NCBI GenBank assembly: GCA_963745835.1
Contig: CAVUZH010000003.1
Span: 608,001-672,000, forward strand
Reading direction: 5' to 3'
DNA length: 64,000 nt
From: an uncultured delta proteobacterium
GTDB lineage: Bacteria > Desulfobacterota > Binatia > UBA9968
The notes beneath the pieces are model-generated. The model had not been told where the DNA came from. It worked only from the letters and a program-made list of their open reading frames with translations, and searched no databases. This document shows positions 62,314 to 64,000 of this stretch, in pieces; within the stretch, counting starts at the first letter, position 1; every line of letters begins with the position of its first letter. Made by a program: the position numbers and the translations under genes.

Positions 62314-62971
62314 ACCTCATCGTAGTTGTCCGGCTGATGACAATGCTGTCAGGCGCAGAGAAGCCTAGGAGCCGTAGTAATTGATAGAAATAAAAGTTGT
62401 ACTCGCCGGCTACCGTAACCGTGACCACCTGCATATTCAGCGCCGAGTCGCATGCTGGGGGAACCACATTCGCAGTGATGTTCTTTAAAACCGCACTATC
62501 CATTCTATTCATGACCTGGGTCTGTATGTTCCCGGCGTCGAAGGGGTTTGTGGCAGCAGCCAGACGGGCCCCTTCGCGGGAGGCATTCTGCGCTAGTTGG
62601 CCGCTATAAAAAGCCAACCCAAAATCCGCAGGTATCCAAATGATGGCAAGAAAAAGTACAAACATGAGGGTAAACTCTACGAGAGCTTGCCCGTTTTGTT
62701 TGTGAGGTAGATTGTCTCGCGCCCGCTTGGAAACTGAGGGTGAACCGATCGATTTGCGGAAGCTAGGCTTAGTGGAACGAGCCCTTAGTCGGTCGCCCGA
62801 CTGGCGCCGCGATCGTTTACACGCGGGAGCAGAGATTAGGCCAGCAGATTTCCTTTCGGCGCGTTTATGAATGGCACCCAAAAGCAAATTCCCTACTACA
62901 TACGCAAGAGCAGCGACAGCCACGAGGACGAAGGCTGCAGCAATGACCAATTCCCATAGCAGTATTGCCAT
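62291..62971 (-). CDS. tadE: TadE-like minor pilin with long N-terminal TM extension
   Basis: GQALVEF, DFG, NASREGAR. Confidence 0.85.
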   Translation of the reverse strand: MAILLWELVIAAAFVLVAVAALAYVVGNLLLGAIHKRAERKSAGLISAPACKRSRRQSGDRLRARSTKPSFRKSIGSPSVSKRARDNLPHKQNGQALVEFTLMFVLFLAIIWIPADFGLAFYSGQLAQNASREGARLAAATNPFDAGNIQTQVMNRMDSAVLKNITANVVPPACDSALNMQVVTVTVAGEYNFYFYQLLRLLGFSAPDSIVISRTTTMRYEYGFTC

Positions 62972-63280
62972 GTGAGTATCTCCCGCGCTTGAATGAACAT
63001 CTGTTCAGAAGCGGCGGAGTAGATATCACAAGATTTTTTGTTTTCAAGGGGTGGTTTTTTCAAAGGTGGTATTGCGCGCTCCGTCGACATGAGCGTACGA
63101 AAAGTGATCGATCATTGGAGTGACAGTAGTTATAACATGCACTGCCATATCAGGCGTTTGTGATAACAGTTTTTTCCAGCCGCAATTACTTTAGGGGTAA
63201 GATCCTGCGAGGCCAAACTCCGACGCTTGACCCTGGAGCGGCCGACAAGCTTTAACGATTATGGCCTCCCCAAAACGCCG

Positions 63281-63385
63281 GTTATAGCGCAGATCGAGTT
63301 AACGAATGCAGGCCGACGAACGCATAAGGCATTTTAGCTTGTGGTTGAGAGAGGATGGATGCGGAGGAGGTCGGGGAAGGCGAGT
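63281..63385 (+). pseudogene. Remnant of LigD-type ligase C-terminal OB domain
   Basis: With indel correction reads VIAQIE(F)TE.QADERIRHFS..GLRED.DAEEV, homologous to 13295-13402. Confidence 0.6.
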
Positions 63386-63418
63386 TTTTCGCGCGACGAT
63401 CGGGGAAGCATCTCTTGG

Positions 63419-63745
63419 CTATCTTCTGATCCCGTTGCCAGTGGCGTAAACCATCAATGCAACCGTCGCTTTGCGGCGGACCTCTTCATTTTCTGATTCA
63501 ACATGAATGGTACCCCATGAACCGAAAGCAAGGTCTTCAAGAGAAGCGGCGCGCTGTCGATCAGAGCGTGAATCATCTTGTGGAGGCGCTAAGCTCGTGA
63601 CTGGGACGTCGCTCGACGGAACCGATTGTTGTTCGACCAAGCCGGTATCCACTATCCAGAGCGATAACGTGATTAGCGCGAAGGCCAGACATAGAGATAA
63701 AGGATAAGCCGAACTGCGGGATTGAGTGGGGAAAGGAGCCGTCAT
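63419..63745 (-). CDS. Hypothetical single-TM protein
   Basis: AAGGAG RBS before ATG at 63745; TM segment. Confidence 0.55.
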   Translation of the reverse strand: MTAPFPTQSRSSAYPLSLCLAFALITLSLWIVDTGLVEQQSVPSSDVPVTSLAPPQDDSRSDRQRAASLEDLAFGSWGTIHVESENEEVRRKATVALMVYATGNGIRR

Positions 63746-64000
63746 AAATATCTCCTTGTCACTTACGGGAGGATTTTTGCTCTCTAGTCGCTTGCTAGCA
63801 CCTAATTGGACAAACACAATCCGTTTAGACGAGATCCGCACAATAAAGTTAACGTTCCTTCTTGGCCGGATTTCCGCCATTCGCTACAAGCCCTTTCGGT
63901 TCGTCAGTTGTTGCGCGAGAAGATCTATCCGAGGGGTCGTGAAGCTGCGGAAGCGCATTCGGACAATTCCGCTGATTCCCCGCTTGTTGCGGTTCGAATT

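Noticed and set aside
1-64000. CRISPR array, rRNA, intact IS or prophage structural genes
   Set aside because: No regularly spaced repeats, rRNA signatures, transposase or virion genes recognised by eye

Overview
Bacterial chromosomal window of moderate GC with many single-base frameshifts in otherwise well-conserved genes (dus, maf, ltaE, MFS, AsmA), which points to long-read/metagenomic indel errors. The gene repertoire (stand-alone ABC substrate-binding proteins, amidohydrolases, XDH-family molybdoenzyme, LLM, hydantoinase) suggests a soil Deltaproteobacteria-like organism such as Ca. Binatia; this is inference only. Main structure: (1) catabolic/housekeeping genes at 1-9.5 kb ending in pgsA and tRNA-Gly(GCC). 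(2) A ~14.3 kb island inserted in tRNA-Gly and bounded by a 75-bp direct repeat (9541-9615 / 23952-24026). It has no recognisable integrase and carries decayed Ku, LigD-type ligase and HsdR fragments, many small and secreted proteins (several with sigma54-type promoters) and an ECF sigma/anti-sigma/di-heme cytochrome module. (3) Core and catabolic genes at 24-55 kb. (4) A UGSC-type selenoprotein missed by the ORF track (in-frame UGA, UxxC motif, SECIS-like hairpin 11 nt downstream) with its partner gene, and a candidate ncRNA plus terminator just upstream on the opposite strand. (5) An orphan TadE-TadE-TadG cassette flanked by a second LigD remnant. No CRISPR array, rRNA or intact transposase was seen.
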